Below are positions 25,401-37,714 of a stretch of DNA of 64,000 nucleotides, piece by piece. The notes under the pieces were generated by a model that worked only from the letters and a program-made list of their open reading frames with translations, ran no database searches and was not told the origin of the DNA. The stretch spans positions 310,001 to 374,000 of the forward strand of contig OZ037842.1 in NCBI GenBank assembly GCA_964035575.1, given 5' to 3'. A program made the translations under genes and the position numbers. This stretch comes from Rhynchopus sp. YZ270_cl-10 (taxonomy: Eukaryota). Each line of letters begins with the position of its first letter. Within the stretch, counting starts at the first letter, position 1.

Positions 25401-27239
25401 TCACCTCCCAGCACCTCCTCCTCCTCCTCTGCTGGCGCTGGGGCTGAGCGGTGTTCTTTGGGGAAGGTCTCTCTCCCTGTCGGGAACTCTTTCATCAGAC
25501 TTGCGCTGACGCTCCTTAAGCAGACTTCTGTAGGCCTGCTCGATGACGCTGTGGAGCCTACTGTTTGCCGGCACATCCAACGACACCAGAGACCGCTTCA
25601 CCTCCGTCATGCCTGCATACGCAACAATATGCACCACAACATAATAGACCATGCCAAGGGGTGAGGGGTTATGCGGTGGGTCCGAGAGCGAGTACTTCAG
25701 CTTCATCGCGGACCAATGCGAATCGTGCGAATCCGTGAAACGGTAAACCTCCTTCAGCAACGCCGCAATATCCTTACTGCCTCTCTTTGCTGCAGTCTTT
25801 GCGACCGGAAGCATCTCCGCAATGCACAAACCTAGCGCATCCTTATCCAGCCCCTCTCCAGTTGAAGGGCTGATCTGCGAGCACTGCTGCCGTACCATAA
25901 GCAACAACGACGAAAAAACGTTGTTCACATCCGCCTTCTCCTTAATGCTCTCCATCAAGGTGCGTATCTCGCACCGCGACACCCAAGACCTGCAGTAGTC
26001 AAACGCAAGCAGCATATCGAAGAGACATCCCAGCAAATCCACCAAGGCAGACGAACGCACTGTCTTCCCCATTCTTGTAAACAGCACCTCAAGCAGACGC
26101 ATGAAAGATGCGAACACAGGGCGGTAATCCTCCACCTGCTTTGCACCTCCGCTATCAGTAAACCCATTGATCCTGCGTACAAGCTGCTTAACAATCTCCG
26201 AAGCACTCAGGTGCGGCAAGAGGTCCGACCCCGGCTGCTTCTTCTCGGTCACTACAGCAAGCTCGTTTACCAACGTCGTGAACCTCTTCATGATCGACTC
26301 AGGGGCCTCCTCCCGATCCTGTGTGGTGGGTTTGACCTGCTTTCCGAGGGGAGGTCCGAACGACCGGATTGCTTGCGACGAGGTGGGAGACGGGGGGTCT
26401 CCAAACGAAAAGGCGCCCATGATCTCATGGGTGGTCATCTCTTTGCGTGCCTGGCGGACACCAACCTGCGTTGTGTTCATCTGCATGTGGTCCTTGAAGC
26501 GGGTTGGTGTGTGGTTTGTTGGTGAGAGCAGAACATCATCGCTACCACCACGCGACAGATCCAAAGACGATGCCGACGCGCAAGCGGAGCTGTTGCTCTG
26601 GTATGAAGTATGAGACGAGGCGGAGGGCTTCTTTGCAGTAGCACCCCCCAGCTTCGCGGCAAGAAGCTCCGAGGTGAACGCCCCCAAAGACGGCGGCCGG
26701 ATCTGCCTATATCCACGGGTCGCAGGGCTCCCTGCAATCTCCTCAAATTTCTCGTTGAAACGGTCAAACGCAGTTTTCTTCTCCGCATACCGTTCCTTCC
26801 TCAACCCTGGACGCTGCTCATCCGGGGAGAACGGAGAGAGTGGCGACAGTGCTTGCACCCCTCCTGCATATCTAGGTGGAGTCGAAGGGGGTGCTTGCAT
26901 TGCTGAAGGTGGTGTTGGGGCTGCACGGACCGACGACGGAGGATGTCCAACGTTACGTGCAGAGTAAGGCGACGATCCATCCAAATGGCGTGCCAGAGTA
27001 GAAGGCGTGCTGTGTGCAGACCCTGGCGTCAACCTCCCCCCAGAGTATCCAAGCCCTGCAGGGGACTGACCCTTCGGTGTCCCCCCCGCATGCCCTACAT
27101 GAGACGCCGGGTACCCCCTCGGCCCCGCAGGCCCCCTCTGCTTATTAAACACCGGAGACAACGGAAGGTTCGAATGGGGGTTTGAGTGGAACCCCTGCCT
27201 CTCTTCGTACATCGACGATGCCATGGGGGACACCACCAT
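25401..27239 (-). CDS. Pro/Ser-rich disordered protein with helical C-terminal domain resembling the XMAP215/ch-TOG/MOR1 C-terminal region (~612 aa)
   Basis: Long GC-rich ORF with likely start MVVSPMASSM. The segments LMESIKEKADVNNVFSSLLLMV and IAALLKEVYRF...SPLGMVYYVVVHIV recall the XMAP215 C-terminal domain. Recognised from memory, not searched. Confidence 0.75.
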   Translation of the reverse strand: MVVSPMASSMYEERQGFHSNPHSNLPLSPVFNKQRGPAGPRGYPASHVGHAGGTPKGQSPAGLGYSGGRLTPGSAHSTPSTLARHLDGSSPYSARNVGHPPSSVRAAPTPPSAMQAPPSTPPRYAGGVQALSPLSPFSPDEQRPGLRKERYAEKKTAFDRFNEKFEEIAGSPATRGYRQIRPPSLGAFTSELLAAKLGGATAKKPSASSHTSYQSNSSACASASSLDLSRGGSDDVLLSPTNHTPTRFKDHMQMNTTQVGVRQARKEMTTHEIMGAFSFGDPPSPTSSQAIRSFGPPLGKQVKPTTQDREEAPESIMKRFTTLVNELAVVTEKKQPGSDLLPHLSASEIVKQLVRRINGFTDSGGAKQVEDYRPVFASFMRLLEVLFTRMGKTVRSSALVDLLGCLFDMLLAFDYCRSWVSRCEIRTLMESIKEKADVNNVFSSLLLMVRQQCSQISPSTGEGLDKDALGLCIAEMLPVAKTAAKRGSKDIAALLKEVYRFTDSHDSHWSAMKLKYSLSDPPHNPSPLGMVYYVVVHIVAYAGMTEVKRSLVSLDVPANSRLHSVIEQAYRSLLKERQRKSDERVPDRERDLPQRTPLSPSASRGGGGGAGR

Positions 27240-27929
27240 CTTGGAAAAGGGAGGGGGGGGAAGAGGGGAGAGGGGGAATAAAGGACGAAGAGTGTTTTGT
27301 ATTTGTGTGTGGTTACGGGGCAGGAGAGCCCAAAGGGGAAGGTGTGTGGGGTGTTGTTGTGTCTGTTGGGGGGAAAGGGGGGGTAGGAGGGGTGAGTGTG
27401 GGGGGATGGGGGGAAATAGAAAAAAAAAAGGTTTTTGAAACGTTGTTAGTGAAATCAGAGGAATTTTCAAAAAGGTGAATACGTTGGGTAGGGGGGGAGT
27501 AGTGCACGCGAAATGGGGAGCGGGGCTGGGGGGAGCCCAAAAGGAGCTACCGCGATACACATACAAAAAAGAATGTTTTTGTAAGATGAGCCCCTCGCTG
27601 TGCTTGGGCACCGTAAATGAGGTGGAGTTGGTACAGGACACCCCTTAGATGCAAGCGCGCGAAAAACTGTTTCGACAGAGGCTCGATCTGGTAGCCGTGA
27701 ACTAACTAAACTCGAGCTGTCGTGTAGAAAAGGGAAGAGAACAACGAGTAGAAGACACACGTTACATCACGTTTAGATTCGCATTGTTGGATTGGAGGAG
27801 ACATTGCAGAGGCAACACTGCACCTTTTCTAACAATTTGCGTTGAGTTTTTTATTTTAAAAATGAAGTCCATCATGGATGTCCAAAAGTAGGTGAAAGGA
27901 ACGACCATGTTTTAAAAGAGATATTTTTT

Positions 27930-29723
27930 TCAGCACCCTTTAAACTCTGTGTTGCCTTCGAGTGTGACATTCCACTGCTCAGATTGCTTCGTTGTGAAGT
28001 CGACAAAGTTGCTGGTTGGGTTGCACCATTTGTTGTTCCTGATGACGTTGTGCACAGGGGTGCAGGGGCTGTCCATATTCTCCAATGCTGGGTAGGCCAC
28101 ACTGTACGGAGGGCTCTTGTAGTTGAGGGCGTCCATCTCCTGCCAGAAAATTCCACCGGGAGTGCAGTACTCCGTCTGCCAGGTCTGCCCTCTGTCGTCC
28201 ATATGCACGCTACAGCTGCTGCAGTTGATAAATGTGTTGCCCTCCACCAAATGGTGCCTCCCACCTCCTATAAAGATCCCCTTAAAGCAACGGGTAAATG
28301 TGTTGTTAATGAAAGTATTCCCACTCAGCTGGTCGTCGTTGTAAATTGCCTGCGAAGAAAGCGCGCCCATGGTCGCGGGGACTACCGTATTAATATCAGA
28401 AAAGTGGTTTCCCACAAGGGTATTGTTCCGGAGGACCCAGGAGCGTCCGCTGTACCATGCACCTGAGTCGACGGTTTCGTAGGTGAAGTGGGAGACATCG
28501 TTGTTCTTGAAGAGGATGTCGTTGCCTCCACCTTGTATGCCGGCATGTGGTCCGTTGGTTAGAGTGTTGTCTTCAATGACGTACCCTACTCCAGAAAAGT
28601 GGATAGCTGGTTGGTAGGTGCGCTTCCAATCTCCTACCTTTGCGATGTGGCACCCTCCGACCCAGCTGTTGGAAGGTTGCAGTGTTTTGACATCGCCACC
28701 TCCCATCTTGAGACCAATGCATCCAACGTCGGTGATGGAGAGGTTGGAAACTGTGTTGTTGTATCCGTTCAGGTCAACACCAAGACTACCAGAGCTTCCG
28801 AAGAGGCCGTTTGATAGAATTGTGTTGTTGGTGTTGGTGAGGATGAGATTGCCTTCTTTGGCGTAGAGCATTGAAATATTCTCGAAGCGGAGTCCGTTTG
28901 TGTTGCTAAGTTGCACCACTGCAGTGAGGTTTGATAAAAAGATTTCGTCGTTTGAGTCAAGCGTTTTGTTTGGGATGAAGTACAGCTTCCCCTTTGCCTC
29001 AAGGAAATATTCGTTTGGGTAGTCCAAATGCGCCTTCGAGTTGACAACCATATACCTCGCCTTTGCATACACCCCATACAGAAAAGGGGTGGCCTGATTA
29101 ATGGTAATCGTCCGAGTCTCCAAAGAAATGTCTTGGATCTGCACATAATTATCCGCCCAATCATATTCCCAATACCCATGAAGCCAAACAGAGGAGAGGT
29201 TTTGCCCGGAAGTTACAATTTTTTGGAAGACAGGGAGATCCTCTTGCGCGAAGATGAAAGAGAAGTTTGAGGTAACCGCGGCAACGTGGAGCCATTGCCA
29301 GTATCCGTCGGGGCCGATGTTGGGGTGGCGGGCAAGCGTTTGACGGGCATGGTTGAAGAAGAGCTCAGATTTGTTGTTGCCACATTCGGTGAGCATACCA
29401 GTGTCGAGGGTGTCCGTGAGACCGTTGAAACTAGAGACAACTGCTTCATATGCATCAGGGATTGTTGCAGACTTTGTAAAATCATCCGCCCCCAGCTGCA
29501 CCCCACCCGACAGCACCGAACCTCCGGAAGAAACAAACGAAACACCCTCCGGCACCTCTCTGATGGTCTCCCGAAGCATGTGTGTACCCTCTGCCAGCTC
29601 TATGATGTCATGTGAAGCCGCACCCTTCACCGCATCATGCACACTAAAGCTATGGTCAACATAAATCCGTTTCGCCGTACATACCGATAAAACGGTAGAC
29701 ATTGCAATAAAAAGGCGAATCAT
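27930..29723 (-). CDS. Secreted right-handed parallel beta-helix protein, GH141-like carbohydrate-active enzyme (597 aa)
   Basis: Signal peptide, motifs LARHPN, HGYWEYDWAD, HLDYPNEYF, DSGAWYSG, AIYNDD and IFIGGGRHHLVEGN, and Asn-ladder beta-helix repeats. Confidence 0.85.
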   Translation of the reverse strand: MIRLFIAMSTVLSVCTAKRIYVDHSFSVHDAVKGAASHDIIELAEGTHMLRETIREVPEGVSFVSSGGSVLSGGVQLGADDFTKSATIPDAYEAVVSSFNGLTDTLDTGMLTECGNNKSELFFNHARQTLARHPNIGPDGYWQWLHVAAVTSNFSFIFAQEDLPVFQKIVTSGQNLSSVWLHGYWEYDWADNYVQIQDISLETRTITINQATPFLYGVYAKARYMVVNSKAHLDYPNEYFLEAKGKLYFIPNKTLDSNDEIFLSNLTAVVQLSNTNGLRFENISMLYAKEGNLILTNTNNTILSNGLFGSSGSLGVDLNGYNNTVSNLSITDVGCIGLKMGGGDVKTLQPSNSWVGGCHIAKVGDWKRTYQPAIHFSGVGYVIEDNTLTNGPHAGIQGGGNDILFKNNDVSHFTYETVDSGAWYSGRSWVLRNNTLVGNHFSDINTVVPATMGALSSQAIYNDDQLSGNTFINNTFTRCFKGIFIGGGRHHLVEGNTFINCSSCSVHMDDRGQTWQTEYCTPGGIFWQEMDALNYKSPPYSVAYPALENMDSPCTPVHNVIRNNKWCNPTSNFVDFTTKQSEQWNVTLEGNTEFKGC

Positions 29724-29873
29724 TTTTGTTTTCTAAGGTATTTTTCTAAGTTAGGGGAGGGAGGGGAAATCTCAGCGGATAAAAAAAAATGGGGATTTTT
29801 TTTGGGATTTTTTTATTATTTTGAAAGATTTCAAAACCCTACACCCCCACACACACACACACAACCCGCTTCG

Positions 29874-31505
29874 TTAGGAAACGAACGGATTGCTAGAATT
29901 CATTGTGCTCCCTGCAGTGCCCCCTGCATTGGGGTCATCCTTCTCTGGCTTGTCTTCCCCGTAGTACACTAGAGTGTCGACAACCTTGGTAAAGGGCTTG
30001 ACCCCTACCACTTCGATGCGGAGGGTGTGCTTGTAAAGGTCTGCTGGCTCGCCTACCCAATCTAGTAGATCTACTGGGGAGAATACACAGACCTCTGGTT
30101 CTTGGAATACGATGTAGTGGTGTGAGTTGACACGTAGACCTTTGAATGTCGTGGACGCGCTGCAGTCCGGAAAGGTCACATCTGTCACAGTCACGTCAAA
30201 CTTCCATTCGCATATCGCCGGGTTGCTGTGCAACACCTTGATGTGCAAATGGTAGTAAGGCTTCTGGTGGACAAAGGCTAATGCATTGCCCTTAGCCTCC
30301 TTCTGCCCATCGCGAGACGAAACACGAGAGGACGAAGCAGAAGCAGGGCGAGGTCTGCAAATTGGTGTAGTATTAAATCCATCCTTCCGTTTGCGTCCGT
30401 CCTGGAGATACACCGCGCTTTGTACTCTTGTGGAGTACTGTTTGCGGGTCGCGCTGTTTTGTTCGATGACTTCCTTCTTTTTGGGGGCAAGATGAGGGTT
30501 TTTAACATTTTTGGCGATATTCGGGTTTTTGAAATTGGAGACAAATCCCTGAGGAGGCTTTGGCGCGAATGTGGTAGGTGTTTGAGACGTTGCGACATCG
30601 TCAATGATTCCTACTCTCCCACTCCGCCCCGTTGGGGTGACGGGAGTGCGTGGTGATGCGAAGGTTTTGCGGGGTTCTTGGGGAGCCTGGCTTCCATCTA
30701 GCTTGAGACTGCGACGTGCTTGGCTTTCTAGGCGGGTACGCACTGCGTCCTCTTCTGCGTCAAGCTCATCGTCTTTCGACATCTTTCTTGTACGCGGAAC
30801 GATTTTATGAAAATAGCCGTCAATTTCATCCTCGGGGAGCGTGGCTGGGATGTTCTGGTTTGCGTTCCGCAGTGCAGCTTGCCTCTGTGCAACCCATTCC
30901 CGTGGTGGGGCAGAGTTCATGAACGCAGGCCATTCGGGAAACACCTCATCATCCTCAACATCAGGCGATACCGGGGTAGGGTAGTCCACCGCATCCTGAA
31001 TCACATCGACCTCCTGCGACTCACGGCGGTAAATGAAAGGAGTAGTGGTGGTCGTCTCTCGTTGTTTCTGGTCTTTAAAGGATTGAAAGATCTGCTCCCG
31101 AAACGCGCCCGTCCGATGCGTCACTGCCTCGTGTACTAGACGCTTCACCTTGTCCGAACGGTTTGAAATTTCAGTAAATAAAACCCCGCCGTTAATGCCC
31201 TGCTTCGACAGCGCTACCTCGGGGGTAGCAGAATCGCGTGAGGGGCGTCGTCCGGAGGTCCATGTATTTGCATCATGCGCAATGGTTGCGTCATGGGGTA
31301 CGCGTTTGCGTGCACCCTTTGATCGAATGCTGCCAGAAAACCGGTGTCTCTTCATCTGCGTAACATCAATCCCTAACTCATCAACGGGAACGTCAACAAG
31401 CACGTTGCGGACAGGTTCTCCAGAGTAAAACACCTTGAGACGCACCTCCTTTCTGTCCAAAGCTCTGAACTTATCTTCAATTGTTGCTAAAGTGTGTCGG
31501 CCCAT
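29874..31505 (-). CDS. Hypothetical protein (543 aa), disordered middle with beta-rich C-terminal domain
   Basis: Long uninterrupted ATG-initiated ORF with coding-like composition on the gene-bearing strand. No family recognised. Confidence 0.8.
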   Translation of the reverse strand: MGRHTLATIEDKFRALDRKEVRLKVFYSGEPVRNVLVDVPVDELGIDVTQMKRHRFSGSIRSKGARKRVPHDATIAHDANTWTSGRRPSRDSATPEVALSKQGINGGVLFTEISNRSDKVKRLVHEAVTHRTGAFREQIFQSFKDQKQRETTTTTPFIYRRESQEVDVIQDAVDYPTPVSPDVEDDEVFPEWPAFMNSAPPREWVAQRQAALRNANQNIPATLPEDEIDGYFHKIVPRTRKMSKDDELDAEEDAVRTRLESQARRSLKLDGSQAPQEPRKTFASPRTPVTPTGRSGRVGIIDDVATSQTPTTFAPKPPQGFVSNFKNPNIAKNVKNPHLAPKKKEVIEQNSATRKQYSTRVQSAVYLQDGRKRKDGFNTTPICRPRPASASSSRVSSRDGQKEAKGNALAFVHQKPYYHLHIKVLHSNPAICEWKFDVTVTDVTFPDCSASTTFKGLRVNSHHYIVFQEPEVCVFSPVDLLDWVGEPADLYKHTLRIEVVGVKPFTKVVDTLVYYGEDKPEKDDPNAGGTAGSTMNSSNPFVS

Positions 31506-34499
31506 AGGAATATATTGGAGAATATATTAGAGAAAAAGGAAATGATTTCCTGCAAAATGGTGTGGAGTGGAGGTGTTGTGGTTGCTATATGAGTTTAAAA
31601 AAAGGGGGTTCAGAATCATTGTATTTGTATTGAAAAATCGCCGTACCCACTCGAGGTGGGGTGGGTTTGTGATACCCAATGTTAGCCGAAAGCGTACATA
31701 GTATAATACGCTACTATATTCCCCCAACATAAGAGAAAAGGAACAGAAAACACAAAAAAAAAAGCCACAAAGATAGCCAAAAGACGCACAAAAAAAAAAA
31801 ATTCCGATGGTGAATCTTAGCCTTTCATGTTTTTGTCAGCGAAAATAAGGATGACATAACACATCTGCTGGCTAATTACAGAGGGTTATTTGGGCCAAAA
31901 TAGTGGGGATGTCCATGCACGAATGGGAGGGAGGGAGGGGGCTGGGGGGAATACGAAAGACAAAGTTGACAAGATGAGCAGCGAGTCTCTCATGTTAGCT
32001 ACCTTGTTGAAAAATCAAATCAAAAACGAAGTTGACGGTGCAATCGCACCTTTGTGGACGGAGCACCGCAACAACAAAAGAAAAGAAAGGTTTATAAGAC
32101 GAACCTAAGCCTCTCGTGCTTAGTCACCTTAAGGAAAAAAATGCTAAAAAAAAGCAAATTTGAAATTTTTGAAACATTTTCGAACCCCGCACGGAACACA
32201 TTTACACCTCTCTGCAAAAACAGTTCGGCTGAACCGTGTAATCTGGCACTTTGCCTTCGACGTTTCTTCGTTTTTTTTCGAATTGATTTTATTGATGTTA
32301 TTTGACGAGCAGTGATCAAAGAGGTGAGTGTGTGTTGCACACCTCAAAAATGAAAAAAAAAAAAAAAAAAAAACGCAATGATAATAAGAAAAGCTATTAT
32401 GACAAAAAGAACACTTTGTCAGATCAAACCACCAAATAAGAATAACAATTTATAAGATGAACCGAAGCCTCTTGTGCTGAGTCACTTAAAAAAAGAGAGT
32501 AAACACATGCCATACTATGTCATCGCTGTGGGAGAGCGACTTGCCTTGCGGCATCAGATGACTCCTTACGGGGGGATCTACGCGGAGTGTAGAGGGCGTG
32601 GGGGGAAGCATTATCTACCTGGCTTCTGAAGTATGTCTTCCCTTGGGGCTACCGCGAAGTGCCGAGACAAATAAGCCTCTACGAAGCCACTCACCTGTAT
32701 CAGGGGATGATGTAAGTCACGGACTAAAATTATCTAACAACAATGCCCACCACGCGGTGGTCTTGCTGTTTGCTACTAAAAGGGTTGAGTTTTAATGTTG
32801 AGTTAGTTGAGTTGTATCCCCTCCCCTCCCCTCCCCCCGAATTATTTTGTAACCAATGTCAGTTTTTACATTATTTTATACACAACGACGGCACCTCCTC
32901 TTGTTCTTTCTGTCGGTTGCGTGGCTCATTTCATCAGAGGTATGGTTAAAGGTTTGTTTCATATACATTCTTTTCTGACGAAAAGAATGTATAGGGGGTG
33001 CTAAAAATATACCGTTAAAAGTTTGAATAATAAATTGGGCGCTCTCTACTCTGTTTTTTTTATTTTCATAAAAACCCACCGCAAAAAGCAGTGATTTTGA
33101 TGTTCTTCTCCTACTTCTTTTTTCCGAAAAATGCATTTTATTTACAGCAGAAAAACAAGCAGATTGCTTGACTTTAGCAGGGGTAAGAGAGAAAACAAAG
33201 AGACGTCGAAAGTGCAAACACCTCACCGTTCATCGGCGGACACAGACACTAACAAAGAGAAGAACCTTTGTACGAGGTTCACGCCTCTGTTGCTGGGGGA
33301 GCTTGTTCCCTGTTGTTACGTTAAAACAAAACAAAACAAAAACCCCCCGGGTTTTGATGTCCGGGCACAAAAGGGGGGAGAAATAACGCAAGGCTCGGTA
33401 TGGGTAGAGGAACACATAGCATAGCTTTAAAACAAAGGGGGCTTTACCACAGAGCTTTCTAAAAAGGGCTTTTAGGGTGCACCTAAGGGTTGTGCGTCGG
33501 GCTACCTTCTGATTTTGATTATGCGCAGGTCTGGAAGCGGTTGGACACATAGCAAAGGTAGACTGCCCCCGTTTGTGTTTTCTTAGTGTTCGTTAAAAGG
33601 GTTTAAACGAGTTGGCCTGACACACAGAGTAGAGTGAATGTATGTTCAGACAGCACACTACCTCACGGCGGTGTGGCAGAGCTACTAGGCTAATAAAAGA
33701 GGAAATACAAAAAAGCCCTCTCGTGAACAGTGGACCTAATAAAAGATTGAATACACCCTATGGGTATCCTTTAACAGAACGGTCGGGAGAGGAGAAGGTC
33801 TGGCTAAGAAATTCGTTCAATAAAAGGTTAGATTCATATACTTTCAGTTCACAGAATTGAAAGTATGTGAGAGGGTCAACACATGCACCCTTTCTTAAAA
33901 GGGAAAGATGCTGCCCAAAAAAAAAAAATCCAAAATATTTTTTTTGAGGCACGAAAAGTAGAACGGACACAAAGCGGAATTTTTTGAAATGAAAAACCAT
34001 ATTAATGTGTTTACGATAAAGGGGATTAACCAATAGATTGATCCGAAAGCTCACGACTTTCTCGCCTATTGAGCAGAATCCGCTAACCCATATTAGGGTC
34101 GTATTGGGATCATCATTGAGCAACTCAACGCAGGCAGAGATATCCAAAAAAAAAATGGAAAAGAAAAAAAATTTAGTCTCAAAACAAAAGAAAAGATAAA
34201 CAGAAAGATGAATGTGCTCGTGCACATCCAGATACAACAAAAATCACCCTTCATTCGCAGAAATAATCTCATTGAATTTCACAACACCCAAAAAAAAGTT
34301 CCTGGAGAAGCCACGGATACGCAAAATTTCTAAAAAAATGTTCCAATAATTATCGAGTTCCTTATTCCTATACCCGAGTTAGCAACAGGTCTGAGAGTGG
34401 TGTAATTTTTGTTGAAAACTTTGAAAAATTGTTGGAGTAGTGTAGTTGCCTCGGTTGTGTTGCCACAGTTGTGCAATCTCCACTGTCTGACTTTTTTAC

Positions 34500-34563
34500 C
34501 ATTCCTTTTAGGGAACGGAGCATACACGGTCCTGGAAGCTCCAAGAACATGGAGTCGGCGGGA
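34500..34563 (+). repeat. Two-copy dispersed repeat (CATTCC...AGGGAACGG...CCTGGAAGCT..AAGAA.ATGGAGTCGGCGGG)
   Basis: A second copy lies at ~51121-51185. Confidence 0.7.
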
Positions 34564-35836
34564 TTAATAGGAAGTTGCCTTCCTAAACGTGCACACACAA
34601 CTTTTGTTTTTTTTTTTTTTGTACTCTCAAAAAAAAAGGAGCATACACATTTATTTTACTGAGAGAAAAAATGTTGATGTGAGGCGACTACTTTTACGTA
34701 GTGAAAAAAAAATTGTATTTATTATGTGCCGAGCAGGGGGCTTGGCACCCCCAAACAGCAGCCATCAGGAAGGGGGGAGGAGAATGGTTCAGTGATGAGA
34801 GTTGGGTGTTGAATATTACTTTTTTTATAAAAAACCTAAATCACCCACCTTGGCGGATAATTAGACCTTTTTTTTGTACCCTGGAAGCTTCCATTTGGGG
34901 GTTTCGATTTCGATACCCGATTTTGCTTCGCAAAAAAGAAGAAATTGTTTCATATACTATTCTACTGAATAGAAGGTAAGAAAAAAGAAAAAGAAAAGTT
35001 TATAAGATGAACCTAAGCCTCTCGTGCTTCGTCACCTTGAGAAAAAAACTCCCCTTTTTTCAGATGCGTAAACACAACCCTGTTCAACAACCCTCATTAC
35101 TTGAACCCCACGCCTTCCCTCGTCGTCTTCAGACAACCCCTGGAAACGAGCATTTCGGTTCTATCACTCAAGGAAAAAAAAAGAAAAGAAAAAAGAATAC
35201 TTGCAAGATGAATGCGCCCCTCGTGCACACATCGTTCAAAGAGGAGGGTAAAGAAGGACCTAAGCCTAGAGGGACTCACCTAAAAAAAAAACCTAAATAA
35301 GCTGACCTGGAAAGATGGATCTTCTCATGCATCAACATCGCATGACAAATACTTTGACAATACGTACAGAAACAAAATAAGAACTGAACAATTTTGATAT
35401 AATGTAATCACGAGAAAGGGTACACCCTTCCCCGTTCAGACACACGTCACGGACCTGTGTCCAGACAGAAAAGATGGTAAAACATGAAAAAATAAAAAAA
35501 AACAGAGAAATCCACACACCGTAACCCAAGATGTGGCAGAGTGAGCTCTGGCCTGACTGTTGGTCGCTGTTTTCATGCTCCAAACACCGGAAGCCACCAC
35601 ATTTATACCCCCCCAGCCAGGGTTTAACTTTGCATTTTTCATTGGGCAGGGACGTTTACCTCCCTGAGGACAAAACAGAATGGTCCCGCATACCCCTCCT
35701 GCCAGGTAGAAATACAGACAACACACTTCATCCCCTCATGAGTGTGGCAAGGTATAGTTACCTCTTGGTCCGACCCTCAGAGAAAGCAAAGAGGTTTGTA
35801 TAACCCAACAGGAAAACTTAAAAAAAGACAAAAAAA

Positions 35837-36278
35837 AACAAGTAATTGCTATCGGAAAAAAAACGGGGTGTGATGTGGAACTCCATCCTGTAGAAATAAT
35901 CTACAACACGCCCAGCATTCTGCTCTTCTGCAGGTATGCTAACGCTCTTCGTACGCTACCAGACCCACTGGGACGCCAGCATCTGAAACGTTCAAGAAGG
36001 GGGGCTGTCCTCTTCGTCCAGCACCATCTGCTCGATAGCGTTGTTGGAAGTCGGCTCGGCAGGCTCGGCGTGTTCCAGATCGTTTTTGTCCACAGGCTCC
36101 CCACATTGTCGTCGTCTTTGGAGCAGTGCGGAAGGAACGCAGAATGCACAGACTACAACACGTCGATCACACCAGGCGCATCAGCACCTCCAACAAATCG
36201 CGAGGATGCTACGGTGGTTTCGAAAATCGCGCGGAGTTTTCCACAGCACACCCCGTTTTTTCTTAGCAATTACTTGTT
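35837..36278. mobile_element. TIR element (~440 bp) enclosing a GC-rich coding-like fragment
   Basis: AACAAGTAATTGCTA...AAACGGGGTGTG(A/C)TGTGGAA at the left is matched by its reverse complement at ~36233-36278. A lone copy of the same end lies at ~5801-5848. No TSD seen. Confidence 0.7.
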
Positions 36279-37618
36279 GTTATTGTTGTTTTCAACCACC
36301 TTCCTTCAACCCCTGTAGGATCAGTTCTAATTTTTTTCGCGAAAACATGAAATTACACATTTCAAGAGAACAAATTAAAAAGGGTCCTTATTTGCATTTT
36401 TGGGATCCGCCCGTGCAGTGGTGGGGTCAATCTCGAAAATTGGACAATTTTTTGACCACTTAAATTTTGAGAAATATGAGCCCGGTTGCTTATACGTGGG
36501 GCCCATTTTCGGCTAAAATTTTCCTCAAAATCTGGTTTTGTAAAATTGACCCTTTACTCCCCCCCCACATCGATTTCAATACTATACCTTACTTCACCTA
36601 CGGTTGCCCTTACAGGGGGGGTGAAGGAAGGTAAGTTGAAAATATGATATGAATTGAACGACTTTTGTCTTAGTTGTCGTGAACGAAAACAATAAACGAA
36701 AAGTTGACTTAAAACACAACCGCTTCTGACAGGGTTACCTTGGTACATAACCGACGTACCGGGGGTGGACCCCCAAACCATGCAGTCTTACATCCATTTC
36801 GAGGTAAATATCTGAAAAAGGAATAGCTACTGATGGACTGACCATACAATGCCAGCCATCCGGGGGGGCAAAAGGGGGGCAAAAAAAACCCCCTGAAGAG
36901 AAAGAAAGAAATGTTGATAAGATGATCCTAGCGTATTATGCTTAGTCACCTTATCGAAAAAGAAATACAAAATACAAAGAGACGTGACAAGATAGTCAGG
37001 TTCGCAAAAAAAAAAAAAAAAAAAAAATGTGACATGAAATACAAAGCCCTCAAGGCAGTGTAGGAGAGAGAAAAATGAAGTTGAAAGGCGCAACGCGCCT
37101 CTGGGACGCAGGTGCACCTTCCGTGGGTTCTATGATTTTCTTTGTGTTTGAATTCAATAAAATTCATGTACTTCTTACGATACCGCATCACAATAACTGT
37201 CAGCTTTTTTTGTTGCGACATTGTGACGGTGTCATTTCAAATTAAATTATTAATATTCCCGAACCAAAATTACGCAGTTTAAAAAAGAAATGTTTGTAAA
37301 ATGATACTTACCTTCACTTGCATAGTCACCTGCACGCGAGGCTAAAAACTTGGCAGCAATTTATTAGTTTTTTGGGAAGATCAATCAGAGACATTAAACA
37401 GTATCGTCAACCCTGACCTCTTGAGTACAACTGCAATCTTTTAAAAAAAACCCCTGAAAGATGCGCCTTCTCATGCACACACACATACACCTGATCAAAC
37501 ATAAATCAAAAAGGAGAAATTTCCCCTAAAGCCATTCGCAATAACTTTTTGAGAATCGAAGTGGAAATGCATAAAAGAAGAAATGAAAAAACAAAATCAT
37601 GGGCAACATATTTCCTTT

Positions 37619-37669
37619 TTTTGAAAACTTGGTTGTATTAGTGTAGCCACCCTAGAGTGTGCTCCACTA
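37619..37669 (+). repeat. Dispersed repeat family H (TTTTGAAAACTTGGTTGTATTAGTGTAGCCACCCTAGAGTGTGCTCCACTA)
   Basis: Copies at ~20624-20669, ~23771-23820 and ~37619-37669. The 3' half can form an imperfect hairpin TAGTG..AGC.CAC/GTG.GCT..CACTA. Confidence 0.8.
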
Positions 37670-37714
37670 TACTTACTATCCTTTTGTTAACCCCACTTTT
37701 TTATACTACCAATC

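Noticed and set aside
37303..37312. ATACTTACCT resembling the 5' end of U1 snRNA
   Set aside because: It lies within a degenerate family A copy and no U1 structure follows.
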